Below, piece after piece: positions 1 to 12,500 of a stretch of DNA of 64,000 nucleotides. This stretch comes from Takakia lepidozioides. Lineage: Eukaryota > Plantae > Bryophyta. The first letter of the stretch is position 1; each line of letters begins with the position of its first letter. Under the pieces are notes generated by a model. The model worked only from the letters and a program-made list of their open reading frames with translations. It searched no databases and was not told where the DNA came from. Both the position numbers and the translations under genes were made by a program. The DNA lies in contig CM060731.1 of NCBI GenBank assembly GCA_030704615.1, positions 80,166,001 through 80,230,000 on the forward strand. The letters run 5' to 3'.

Positions 1-1599
1 CCATGTTTGTTTTGTCCCCCCGGATGCCCTCTCACGCAAGGCTGGCACTATATGTTTTGCAGGGACCACATGTACAGGGAGTGGCAGTGGGGTCGAATGT
101 GAAGAAGGTGGGTCCTGCGCCTAGGACCATAGTGCTACAACGGCAGCATTCCGGATTTTCCCCCCGGCATGAGGAGGCAGCGCCCAAGGTATGGTTGTTC
201 CCAGCCCCTCTCCGCAAACTTACTTGGTTGGTTTCCTTTATGGATACACTTCCTGAAGCGTTGCAATGTGTATTCATTGCAGGTGAGCAAGAGGAGTGCG
301 CTGTCCCCGCACCATCATCGCAGCAGGACGTGGTTCCCCAGGCATGCATTCATGGCTCCTTGCTTTGCTGGCTGGTTTTTAGTAGGGTTATTTTTGCCAT
401 AAGTTGTAGTGTGCAGGGTCTAAGCAGGGTGTTTGTTAGCTTGCCTCCGTGGAGGTTTGTTTATACCATTGCAACCACCAGAGTTCATGTTATTCTTATC
501 CTTCTGACTAAACCTCTTTTTGCTGCTGCAATTGAAGACACATGGGCAGCTTTCCTCAGTTGCCACCCTCAGCGACGAGGCTTCGCTTCAAGGTACGTTG
601 GTACACCGTGAATTTGCTGCTGATTCAGTATTGTGGCAACCAAGATCGTTTCCATGCCCAGCTGCGCTTGACTTTCATCCTGTCATTGCTATGTTTGTTG
701 CTGAGTGGACCCTGATGTTGGTGTCTGCAGATATCAGATCTTGTGTTTCTCCTGAACCCCCATGACAAGCGGTCAAAGACAGCCCTGCCAAGGCGAAGTG
801 GTGGGAATAGCCGGGGTTGACAAGTTCCACTGCAAGGACATTTGATCCGGGTGGTACAAGGTGAAAGTCCACGAGATCATGCTTCCAAGTGTTACATTGT
901 CTTGCCCAAATGTGGACGATGCCCCCCCCCCCCAGACCACACTAGCGCACGTGAAAGGCACGGTGACTCTGTGGCCAGAGAAGAGTATGAGGAAAGGTGA
1001 AAGTATCAAGTGACATTTCATGTTTGTAGTCCATGTTGGGTGTGTAATGATACTTATAGAAGTGTGTATGATACTCACGTTACCAGTTTTGAACATTTGG
1101 GCCATGACAGTTTAAGTGATGTCCGACAACCATGTATGTTGGCATTTAGTCTTGCTCATATGCAGATGTGCCGTGACGGTCTCTAATTTGAATGTAATAT
1201 CACATTTCCTGACTTGTCGTCGTGTCCGTCCACCTTCTATGTGTATGTGTGATGGTCTTTGGTCTCCCTGTTGCCTCGTCTATTTGGTTCATTAGCGTGA
1301 TGTTGTGCATGCATCGTGGTCTGTGTTCTGAGTCTCGCCCAGTATCATTGCTTCTCAATTCCCCCTGCATATGGGTGAACCACTAAAACCAGTAGAATGC
1401 ATCAGAACCATATTTTCAGCTTAGAATGCAGGTCAGTTGGAAACTCACACAAACCACTACAAGTGCTCATTTTTTGTGCTTTCCTACTGTAGTGCAACCA
1501 ACTAGCACAGTGGCAGCGGAGTTGGCCAAAGCATCCCGAGATGGCACAAGCACTCTGCGTCTTTCCACTAGCAGTCGTACCCGTCACTGCCATTGCGTG

Positions 1600-2140
1600 G
1601 GGACGACGCCACGCGTCGACCCACACACTCTCCACGTGGTCCCCGTGGATTCGTCTGCCGGCAGTTGTGCAGTCAACTTCGCCAGTGGCTGTTGTGACGT
1701 CACATGCAGCACTCCAAGTGATGTGGCCGACTGCGATGTGGCGTCTTGGGCCCGTGGCCACGCGGCAGCATTGCCGTTCGTCGCGGCGCCGCCACATCGG
1801 CATCCACGTCCGCATCCACGTCCGCGTCCATGTGTCACCGCCGCCCCGGGTGAGTCAGTCCACTCATCCGGAGGGAAAAGTCAAAGTCAGCCCAAAAGGT
1901 CAGACACACGGGCGGCCCGCCTGGTTACGCCACGTGGTTCTTCAGCATTAATCGCATTAATTGCTGAGCAGTTGTTCGCGCGTCTGCGTCCTTTACCACT
2001 CCAATCATTGGATGTCCAACCCAACTACCACGTCTGTTGTAACTAGTCTGTTGTAACTTCCAGTCGATCCCAGTTTTTTGACTTTTACGACTCAAAATGA
2101 GTCGTTACTCCAGTGGTAAATGACACGAATGCTTCTAGTG
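1600..2140. mobile_element. CACTA (En/Spm) transposon terminus; element body extends leftwards
   Basis: Ends in ...GCTTCTAGTG at 2140, i.e. CACTAGAAGC on the minus strand. Palindrome ACGACTCAAAATGAGTCGT at about 2087-2105. Many CCACG/CGTGG subterminal motifs at 1600-2040. Confidence 0.6.
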
Positions 2141-2649
2141 ATAGTTTGGAGTGATTTTGACATGATACTGCTAAAGTGACAATAGGAAAGTATCCAGAAA
2201 CATGTAACAGAGATGAGGAGAAGCTGTGGAATGAATGCTTTTCTGACCCAGTCAAGGGTGGGACAACCGAGGGAAAAATGTGAATGTCTATTAGATTACA
2301 GAGAGTAGGAGACGCAACTCAGCATAGACACTAAGGCAAACTCTCCTTCCCTGCAAAGGTGTGTTTTTGGTATCTGAGCGAATAAATATAATTTCTAAAA
2401 ACATAATTTCAATATTTTGTTATTTAATAATGTTCTCATCAAGGCCACTGTCCATTTTTTCTATAATAATAATAATATTCATCATAATAATAACAATAAA
2501 TTAGATCCATTAATATTCAAACTTAATATTGAAAATCAATTAATAATTAATTAATGCGTACCACCACACAGGAACGAACACGTGTTTCATAGTGACTTGT
2601 CGAAGGTGTGAAATATGACACGTGTCGCATAGTAGCTTGTTCAAGGTGT

Positions 2650-2930
2650 GAAATCCGCCGTGAAACATGCCACGCTGGCCTTTTTCACACTCTGCCATGT
2701 CAATGGCCATGTCACCATGCACCCTGTGAAAAAAGCCACCCATGGAAAAAGCCTCCCGTGGAAAAAGCCACCCGTGGACTTTTCCACAGGGCCACCCGAG
2801 AGCCAGGCCGTCCACGGGGTGTCCGAAAGCACTAGTCGTTTCTTATACCCACGGCAGGTGTGGACTGCAGCTGATTCCACAGCAAAAAGTGTGGAAAAAG
2901 CCGTGGAAAAAGCCGGTTTCTCTTCTAGTG
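2650..2930. mobile_element. Second CACTA terminus with subterminal repeats
   Basis: Ends in ...TCTTCTAGTG at 2930, i.e. CACTAGAAGAG on the minus strand. Direct and inverted GTGGAAAAAGCC / TTTTCCAC repeats are typical CACTA subterminal repeats. Confidence 0.7.
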
Positions 2931-3530
2931 ACCATATACCAAAAACCATTTTGTACTCCCATAAATCCAAACCCTAAACCCTTACCTTGGCCTTAATCCT
3001 TACCCTAAGATTAAGCTTGACACTTACTACCTTAAACCATTACTCTTACCATATACCAAAAACCAGGTTAGTGTACTACCCTACTGACACTCCAAACCAA
3101 GTTATTGTACTACCATGTATATTTGTTTGTCCCTTTGAACTACCCTAAATCCAAACCCTAAATCCTTACCCATTCCTTTACCCTGGCCTTAATCCTTACC
3201 CTAAGCTTAAGCCTGACACTTACTACCATAAACCATTAGTACTCTTACCATATATCAAAAACCAGGTTAGTGTACTACCCTACTTATACTCCAAACCAAG
3301 TTATTGTACTACCATGTGTGAGTCTTCCATATTTGTTTGTCCCTTTCTACCCTAAATTCAAATCCAACCCTTACCCTTCCCTTTACCCTTCCCTTAATAA
3401 TCCTTACCCCAAGCTTAAGCGTGACCCTTAACACCCTAAACCATTACTTTTACCATATACCAAAAACCTTAGTGTAGTACCATACTTATAATAAACTCCA
3501 AACCTTATTGTGCTACCATGTTACCTCTTG
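2931..3530. repeat. Tandem repeat of about 200 bp (about 3 copies) rich in degenerate CCCTAAA motifs
   Basis: ACCATAT(A)CCAAAAACC...TAGTGTA anchors recur at about 2931, 3048, 3248 and 3452. Confidence 0.8.
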
Positions 3531-4729
3531 TAAAATTTGTATCATTCTCTTAATGAATTCCTTAATTTTCAAGTTGGATAACGTATGATAGAATGATTAC
3601 ATGGATATCAAATTCCCCTTACATTTTTACATTCTACAGAGGTTTAGAGTCGTCCATATTTGTTTCTCTCTTTCTATCCTAAACCCTTTAAAACCCTAAA
3701 CTGTTCTCCGAGTCACCACAAACTTGGACCTTATTGCACTTAATATATCTAGTTACACCCCAAACCTTATTTTACTGCCCTAGTAGGTCACCTTCCTAAT
3801 GTTTCAAGCTATTTTAATATTTTACTGCCCTTCTCACACCCAAAACATTATTCCAATGGCATTGTCTATGAATATTGTGCTTGTCAACATGAAGATTCAA
3901 TTAGAATTACTATCAACTTATATCAAGTATGGTAAAGTACTATGAGTCTATCCCATGTTCGATTCGACACATTTGTTTATCGTGATTGTAACATAATGTA
4001 ATATTACATCATTTGACTTCCCAGTCGACGTTCAATGAATTGTTCAGTTACACTGCAACTTCACAAGCACTTTAATGTCAAATGGACATCTTATATGTTA
4101 CATTTTGAAGCAAGTATGACATCACTTGTAATTTCACAAAGTTCAATCACACATTACTATCCAAGATATTATTAACATTTGAATTAATTTTAATTCAAAT
4201 ACATATTAAGTTTGGTCCGGAACGGCTGAACGTGGGCAATCCTAAAGCAATTTTTTGATTTTCTAATTTTTTGCACTTTGTGTCATTCCATTGACACAAA
4301 TGTTTCGTTAAAGATAGATGGATGAGGTCATCCAATGGATGAACCCATTCATATATATGCCTTAAGATGCCACGTGTAGTGATGTAGTCATATAAACAGA
4401 GCTATGAAACCTCCTTAGTCATGTAGTCATAAGCTTCTATCATCATGGCATGTCATCAATGTGTAATAGTGGTATAGTCATTTAGTCATAAGCTTATATG
4501 GCACGTGTCTGACGTGTAGTATTGTGTATGACTACTAGTTATATAAACCAAGCCTATGTTCTTGGTCAACAATGTTTGACCGCGGCTCCTGGTCATGTAG
4601 TAAAATGTCTGACTGCATTAGATTAAAATATATTAAAATATGCCCAACAATGGGTTTCATCACTTCGTAGTCACATATATAGTCATGGTTACCAAGGTTT
4701 ATATCACCCGTAGTCATAAAAACGTTAAT

Positions 4730-5177
4730 ATGTAGTAGTGATTCTCTTATGGAATCCGTGTGGAAAAACATGGGAACCAACTCAGATGCAAAGGTAAGAA
4801 TTGAAGACACAGTTGTCGTCGACTCAGCTGTTATGACGACATACATGTCGCCTATCTCAAGAGTCAAAACATCTTTTCGATTTTGAGTCTATCCTAAAAT
4901 TTTCCACCCTCACATACAGTCCTTTTTGCAAAGACTGCTCATGCATTTCTATTAAAGGCGACTTCACTCTCAAAGTGACTGTGGTCAAGGCTGTTCTATC
5001 TAGCAAATCATAGTGCAAGTAAGCATAACCTGGATCTTCCATGATCTTGTTGGCAATCCGATCAAAGGTGTCATATCTGTTCAGCACCTTCGTCTCAAAG
5101 GCAACGTCTCGGATTCCATAGTTCAAGTCATCCACTGTGACTACCATCCTGCCTTCCTTCGATGCTACAGCAGACAT
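4730..5177 (-). pseudogene. RPA70-like OB-fold (ssDNA-binding) fragment, frameshifted; probably Helitron cargo
   Basis: ORFs 4857..5225 and 4535..4867 join as ...YLHYDLLDRTALTTVTLRVKSPLIEMHEQSLQKGLYVRVENFRIDSKSKRCF / GDMYVVITAESTTTVSSI. This matches the RPA1 DBD-A pattern (L.D...I...L..G....I.NF.V......I....T.V). Confidence 0.55.
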
Positions 5178-5890
5178 TGTAAAACCAACTGCTACTACAA
5201 CAAGACCAGAGGGTGAAGGATGCAAAGAGAGAGGGAGAGTGAGAGCAAATTTATACCCACAAATATAGCTCTGAAATCTGTTTTGGAGTGCTTCTGGATG
5301 ACCTCAACCAATTGACTTTGGAAGAATGACACCGCCCCCATGTGCGCCTTAACTGCACCGCCTTCACAAATTACTTAGTGCGCCGCCTACTTTACGAGCA
5401 GCTCATGGAGAAAGACGACAAAATGTTGCATAAAGACGAGAGCAAAAACGAAGAGGATGTACTCAAAAATAAATGTGAAACCCTAAACATTCCGGAAGAA
5501 TCTTAGGGCAATGTGGAAATTGTATATTGTTCGAAAAAATAAGGTGTAATAGTTTTGAACTTACCACCTCTTAGAATCAAAAGTCTTAAGAGCACTCATG
5601 ATAACCACTAAAGCAATCATGACATAGTGTGCTTCTCTTTATTAGATTATGTTTTTTTTTTAAAAAAAAATTAAATAATAAATTTTAAGTCCTAAGCTTG
5701 CTGACACGTATTCTTTCATCCCAAAAAAATGAAAAACTGTCATTTTCAGTCCATTTTTCAAAATTTTACACCCCTTTTTAACATCTTCCTCCGCGACCAC
5801 CCTCTCAAGCCCCCTCTCAAGCCACTTTCTTCATTTGTTGTGAATTTCTTCATCGAAGTTCATGACCTTTTGAAAAGTATATATGTTTCA

Positions 5891-6364
5891 TGGCATAAAG
5901 GTTTGAACCCGGCACCCATTGGAGGGTCAACCAACCTTCTTCCTGCCAAACTACACATGCTTCTTGACAAGCTGTGAGACTACAATGTATATATGCAGTT
6001 ATAAACGCTATCACATCATAAATCATCCAAGTTCCTGACCCCTTTTCATAAATACATATTCGGCGTGGCATGAAAATTTGAACCCAATACCTACTGGAGG
6101 GTACTCTAACCTTCTCACCATCAAACTACACGTGCTATTCTAATGGTAAATCTAACTACAATGTATATAGATAGATGTAGACGCTCCTACATCAAAAGTG
6201 TATGCTCTACGTTATGATTACCTGTCATTACCTTTTGACACGTGTCCTCGGTCATCTGTTCTCAATGTGAAAAAGCTTACAAATGATTGAACCTTTCTTG
6301 GAATCGAACCGGGAACCTCTTCAAACTGAAGCACATGAATTCCTTAACCATTGCAACACACGTT
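5891..6364 (-). repeat. Three tRNA-derived (A-box/B-box) repeats
   Basis: Minus strand copies at 5891-5960, 6066-6135 and about 6290-6364 carry B-boxes GGTTCAAACC, GGTTCAAATT and GGTTCGATTCC with upstream A-box-like motifs. The first two are paralogous units about 175 bp apart. Confidence 0.55.
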
Positions 6365-8371
6365 ACATCTTAAACATTGACATTAAATATAACTTCATAA
6401 AAGTCTATGCTTGGAATGTTTTTTAAAAAATACAATTTGTCTGTTTCTATAGCTTATATTTCATTTGTTTCAAAATCATAACACAAACTAAAATATATTT
6501 TCCTGTCAGTTTAGAGAATACATTAAAAATTATTAAATATCTAAACCATTTGACAACTAATTCAAATGGAATTTATTTATTCTTCTTTAAAGTTAATAAT
6601 ATATGTATTAACTAGGGAAGGGGGATCCAGATAAGTATCACCTAGTGAAGGTATATCTGGAGGCTTATCCATTCGGCCTACCTCCATTATTCGCACCCTA
6701 TACCCGCTCAAAAGGAGTCCCCACAATGCCTTTATGCCAAAGTTTGGGACAGAGCCAACAAAGTGGAAGAATCAAAATATAATAATTTTAATTATTTCTT
6801 TTACACGATCAATGATTTTATTTTTTATTTTTTTGGGGACAAAGTGGGGAATGAGGCCCACAAAATGTGTATTGATTTTGAAAAAGCAACTAAATTTTTT
6901 GGTACCCAGATTCAGTCTGAATTATGAGTTATAAACTTGAATTAACTTGAGTTATAAGCTAGAAATTCTAAAATCAAAATTTGATCTCATTTCAAGAATA
7001 AAATTATGAATTTCGGTATGTTTTAAATGAAACACCAAACATGCTCATTCAAGTTTTTTTTTTTTTTTTTTTTTTTTTTTGTTCCTATTGAGATGTAGTA
7101 TATACTTTGCATTACATATAAAACATTTATTAGTCACGTAGAGAAATGAAATTTCCTACAATCTCTAAGAATATATGAGACATTGAAGACACTTTATATA
7201 AATTAAATACTTATTTGGACAAATGGTTGTATGGTTTTTATTTTTTGAGGTTATACCTAAAATGTATGATGAGGAATGTTAGTGAATGTGTGAGTCCAAT
7301 ATTTTTTTACCAAGACAACATTACGTATGTTAATGGCAAAAATAACATATATTGTAATCAGAGACTGTAGAAAGAATTTTGGGGCTATGCACAGTGTAGA
7401 CGCATACCAATTGGTGCTGCAAGTCAATTCCTCTTTCAAAGTTCTAATGAATCGACTGAGTATGGAGCCTTATTGCAAAACGTGATTACTAGGCACTATT
7501 AAGATAGAGACAATCTCTTGTCATTATCAATGACCTAATACATTATTAATATAAGTAGGAAGGAAGAAATTGCAACAAAACAATAGGGCTAAGGTGGGGA
7601 ACCAAATTATCTACACAAGTAGTTTTTGGGTAACGAACTATAATTCCATGGTCCGCTAACAAACTTGGCCTCACTAAGATTTTCACCAATGCAAAAATTG
7701 ACTTTATCTCTTTTATCGTTAGCCAATAAATATTGCTACCAACAATAAACCTAGGGCAAAGCTTCTCCATTGAAAATCTCCAGCCAGCAATGATATAGGC
7801 TTTTCTTTGTCTCATGGATCATACCAATATTTGATTATTTTTGTGGTGTATTATTTTGTCAGTACCTTAGCCAAAGCAGTTCGATTGCTTCTGTGTGCAT
7901 TCCATCTCCAATCACAAATTGACAGCTGAGTAAAATGTGATTTTATGTTATATGTCTATATGGTGATTATTTTAGTAATATGTAGGCATGAACCCTGCTT
8001 ATACCTTGTAGAGATGGGGAGGTGGATGAGAATAGACTATCTGTCTATCCCTCCCCGATTTGGGAGAGAACTCACTGTCCAAGCAGGCAAATAAGCTAAA
8101 ATGGTTGATGCACGCGTTTTTGATTTTATTCATGTGTTACTCGATAGCATTTTGGATTTGTGGGAGATTGTGGCATATATTGGGAACTGTAAAAATTGGG
8201 AGTATTGCTTGCACATGGATTGACATGCATGAAAGCTATCTATCAAAGCCATGATCCATTTCCCATCAAACAATATCCCAAAGTGTCTATATTAAATTAA
8301 CTTATCAAATGCAGAAATTGATATAGTCAATAGGTATTGTGTTGGTATTCCAGTAGTTGCATTGACCCTTC

Positions 8372-8511
8372 AAATCTCTGACGTTGAGACAATGCATTTG
8401 TTGCATGCACATGGCGGTCACAAGACAGAAATAGGTCGGCTAGGCTGAATCTGCTCTACAATAGACTGTGGCGCGTCCCTCCCCACAAGAATCACATTCT
8501 GCTTCCACCAT
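8372..8511 (-). pseudogene. B-box zinc-finger (CONSTANS-like/BBX) gene fragment
   Basis: Hand translation from ATG at 8511: MVEAECDSCGEGRATVYCRADSA, then a 5-bp insertion creating TAG and a frameshift, then DLFLSCDRHVHATNALSQR. This is the B-box1 consensus C-x2-C-x8-C-x2-D-x4-C-x2-C-D-x3-H. Confidence 0.85.
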
Positions 8512-9510
8512 ACAAGATGAATACCCAAACACCTGCTTACTACTCTACATAAGTATGTTTTACTGCACACTGCAGCTTGTTGGACCCTGCAGTCTTTCAT
8601 TTTCACTTAGCTCACTGCGGTCACCTCGTAACTTTCAGAAGATAGAGTCGAGGAGGCAGACTTGCCATGAGTGTCTTTTTGGTGCTCATGTAGCTATGCA
8701 TGCTTTTGCTATGAACAATTTAGGTCTTCATGAGAAAGGTAAGATTGATAACTACCTAAACTAAACAATGTCATTGCACTTGAAAGATAATTGGAGGAAA
8801 ATATAACTTGCACCCAAAACTTCGGAAAACCTTTGAAAACACCACACGGCCTCCGCACTATGTGTAGGCTATGAGACGGAAGCCACAAAGACCAGAAGTA
8901 TAACTAAAAATGCTCAGTACACAGAAAAATAAATAAATAATAATCTACTAAGATTGTGAAGAATATATATATATATATATAAGGAACAGGGGGTTATATC
9001 CCTGATATATTTATTATCAATTATTTGATGGGGAAAAAAATTAAAACCCCTTTACACCATGAGGTATACCCACTATGATCAGTGTAGTTCGAGCCAGCAC
9101 AGGGATGAAGTCCAAGATACGAAAATAACACCTATCTAACTCTACATTAAATGCAAAAAGAGCATAGATTGTTCCTACGAACTAAACAACCACTGAGCGG
9201 GCTAATCCAGGGGACCAAAAAACCGGGCACACTGCCCTAGACCTGAAGCGAAGCTTAGGAGAGAGGAGTGTCTTGATGGACTTTCTAAGACTGTCTAGAA
9301 TGGCAGGGGAGGAGTGGCAATTAGAGTAGATAGTCATTGATCTTCTCCACGATGGAGATTGCGGTCTATCTGTAGTGCAACTTGGAAGCATTCAAGGAGG
9401 GTTTCAGATGCTTCCAGTTGATGTCCCTTTCAAATTCGGAGGAAAGAGTGTAGCGGCGCACGGAGATCTCGCCAGGCTGCTGGGGGGAGAGCGTTCCAGT
9501 AGCATTGGTC

Positions 9511-12500
9511 CTACACAGAGCTGCTGCATATGATCCCCTGTCTACCCCAGGTGTGCTGAAAGTTCATGTGGATGGCCTCCGCGTTCCTGGCATCCCGCTG
9601 TATGACTGCACATATTTTGGCCCATGCCTTCCTAGCTTCAATTTGTAAGTCAAGAAATACAGTAGTCAGGAGGGCAGATATGGAAGTGGTCTCTCCTAGA
9701 AAGGTATTCTTGCATCTTAGTTTCCATAGATGCCACAAGACTGATGCTCTTAAGGTTTAAAAAACAGGGCAGTTAATGGCTCTGTTTTTTGTGGTTGGAT
9801 CATAGTTTAGGAGAATGATTGTGTCTGAAAGACAGGAGGGGTTCCAGGTTTGACAGAAGGTTTTGATATGGGGCCAAATCCTTGCTGGGGCTTGGCAGGA
9901 GAGGAGGCAATGTTCTATCGATTCTGTCACTGCAGTAGAACATCAAGCACATAAAATCGAACCCTGAAACTGTAGCCATTCCCCAACTTTGAGAACCCTA
10001 TGTACTAATTGCCATAGAAAGGATGCAATCTTTGCAGGGCGGGATTTAATCCAAACTGAACCCCAAATAGTCTTCCAGTTTTTATCACAGAAATTGTACA
10101 ATCCCCATCTAGCTTCCCATTTCTTGTCCATAGGTTGAGACACAGATAATGCTTTGTATCCCTTCTTAGTTGTGTATGCAAAGAAAGGCTCTGGAGCATT
10201 GTTGAATTTCCAGGACCATTCTTGGGGGTCAATGTCCATTTCTGCGAGAGGTCTCCCTAGAATCCATACAAAGGTGTTAGAAAGAAGCCAGGATCTGGTT
10301 GTGGTTATAAGGGGTGGTATATGATCCATGGCTTTATCTGGGGCTGTCCAGCAGCATATCCTCACCGGCGTTAGAGTCATGAGATTGAAGTGAATTGGGT
10401 TTGGGTTTGTAAGTGTAAGCCTAAGAGAGAAGGTGTCAATAGAGAAGGTGTATACTGACATATCATTGTGACTGAGTTCATCTAGAAACAAAATGGTAAG
10501 CTTGTTTTGCAGAATGACTAAAGCCCATGAGTTGGGAGCTGGCTGCGGAGGGCCAAGTGCCAGAGTGGCCAGCCATTGTGGTGGGATAGTTTGAATGATA
10601 TCATGGTAACCTTTTGATGCCCGGGACCTCCCCACAAAAAGGGCCAGCGCATCTTGAGAGATGAGACTATCTCCCGACCATATGTTATGAATCTGTCTGA
10701 CCCCGAGGCAATCCCATTTGGACCATCTCATAGCCTGGTTTTTCTGAGAGGTATGTCATTGAGAAACAGATGTTGTCTTTTGATTTCATAGAAGTTGCTT
10801 GGCTGGGCTTTTGTAAGCAGTTTTCTGAGCCTTCCCCAGGCCGACCAGATATTGGACCATAGAGTGGAACTGACTGATTTAAGGTTGAAGCCTTGAGTGA
10901 TCCAGCGCAATGATGGGGTCCAAGGGGTGTTTTGGAGTGGCGAGGAATTGGCAATGTGGTCATGGACCAAAAAATTCCAGCAACCTCCTTCTGGTCCAAG
11001 AAAGCGCGGAATCCATTTTCCAAGGAGGGCCACTATCTGTAGTTCAGGGTCCAACACCCTAGCCCTCCTTTCTTTTTGGTAAACATATCTGTAACCAAGC
11101 TACTTGTGGTCTCTTGTTGTGAATGGATCTTTCTGCTCCCCAAATGAAGTTCCGGAGGAGACGTCTGATTACTTGCATCTGTTTAGAGTTAGGGCGCCAT
11201 GAGGAGGCATAGTACCATAAACCAGCTGAATGAATCTGATTCACCACTCAGGCTCTACCAACGAGAGAGAGATGCTTTGACCCCCAGTAGGTCAATTTTT
11301 TCTTTAGTTTGGATAATGTAGAGGTAAAGATTTGCTGGTCTGTGAGGTTAATACCAAAGGTATATCCTAACAAGGTGGTTGTTTCGCCAGGCTGGAGCCA
11401 ACAGTGACACTGATCCACCTCCCAAGAGGGTGGTGAACCCATAATGGAAGCCGTTAGGTCACCAACGAGCATGCCTGAAGTTTTGTTCCAATTGATTTTG
11501 AATCCCGAGGCTTTGCAAAAGGTATGCAGAGTCTCTCCCGCTTGGTCCAAGTTTTCTGACTTTGCTTGCAGCATTAAAAACGTGTCATCCACGAACATAG
11601 AGTCAGTCAGGTAGGTGTATTGGCCCGTTATATAGTTTGAGACCCTAAGGCCTGTCATTAATTGGTTTTGCTGCAACATATACCCCAGGGTATCTGCCAC
11701 TACCAGAAACAGAAAGGGTGAGAGGGGACATCCCTGTCTAACTGATCGCCGAAGAGGGAAGGAAGAAGACAAGTGGCCATTTACAGTAACCCTACTGGAT
11801 GAAGAAGTAAGGAGAATCTTGATCCATTTACAAAAAGAATGAGGGAACCCAAATTTTAGCAAGGCTGCAAGCAAATAGGACCATTCCACCCGGTCGAAAG
11901 CCTTTTCAAAATCCAAGAGAAGAAGGGCAATGGCTTGATTGGTCCTTAGGGCATAGTCTGGAATTTCCTGTGCAAGGAGGAGGTTATCCAGAATATACCG
12001 GCCTTTAATAAATCATGTCTGGTTGGGCCGAATAATGAATGGAAGAAGAGGTTGCAGTCTAAGGGCGAGAGCCTTGGCAATGATTTTGTAGGCAACATTC
12101 AGAAGGGTTATAGGGCGATAATTCGAAATTTTCGTTCTGTCCCCCTTTTTGTACAACAAGGTAATAACCCCTTGAGCCATTGAAGGTGGCATTTGACCTT
12201 TGCTGAAACAGATGGTTGGCCATGGCTGTAAAGTCCCCTGAAATCTCTAGCCACAATGCTTTATAAAATTCAACAGAAATGCCATCTATACCAGGTGATT
12301 TGTTGTTATGCATCTTAGATAGAGCTTCCTCTAGTTCCAAGTCAGAGAAGTCTCCCTCAAGTTGCGCGGCATATTCCGGAGAAAGCATGGTAGGAGTGTG
12401 AATCAGACAGGCTGTCTGTTCATCAGAAGGTTCTAGGGAGATGCTGTCACTTTGAAAAAGTTGCTGGAAATGGTCCCCAACATGGGTTCCCATCGATTTA

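Noticed and set aside
3-1105. ORFs at the window start as a host gene or TnpA/TnpD
   Set aside because: No diagnostic motifs; probably transposon-internal sequence.
5891-6364. Functional tRNA genes
   Set aside because: Acceptor and anticodon stems do not pair convincingly; treated as tRNA-derived repeats.
8940-8980. TSD directly at the LINE (TA)n end
   Set aside because: No matching duplication was found at the 5' boundary near 16950.
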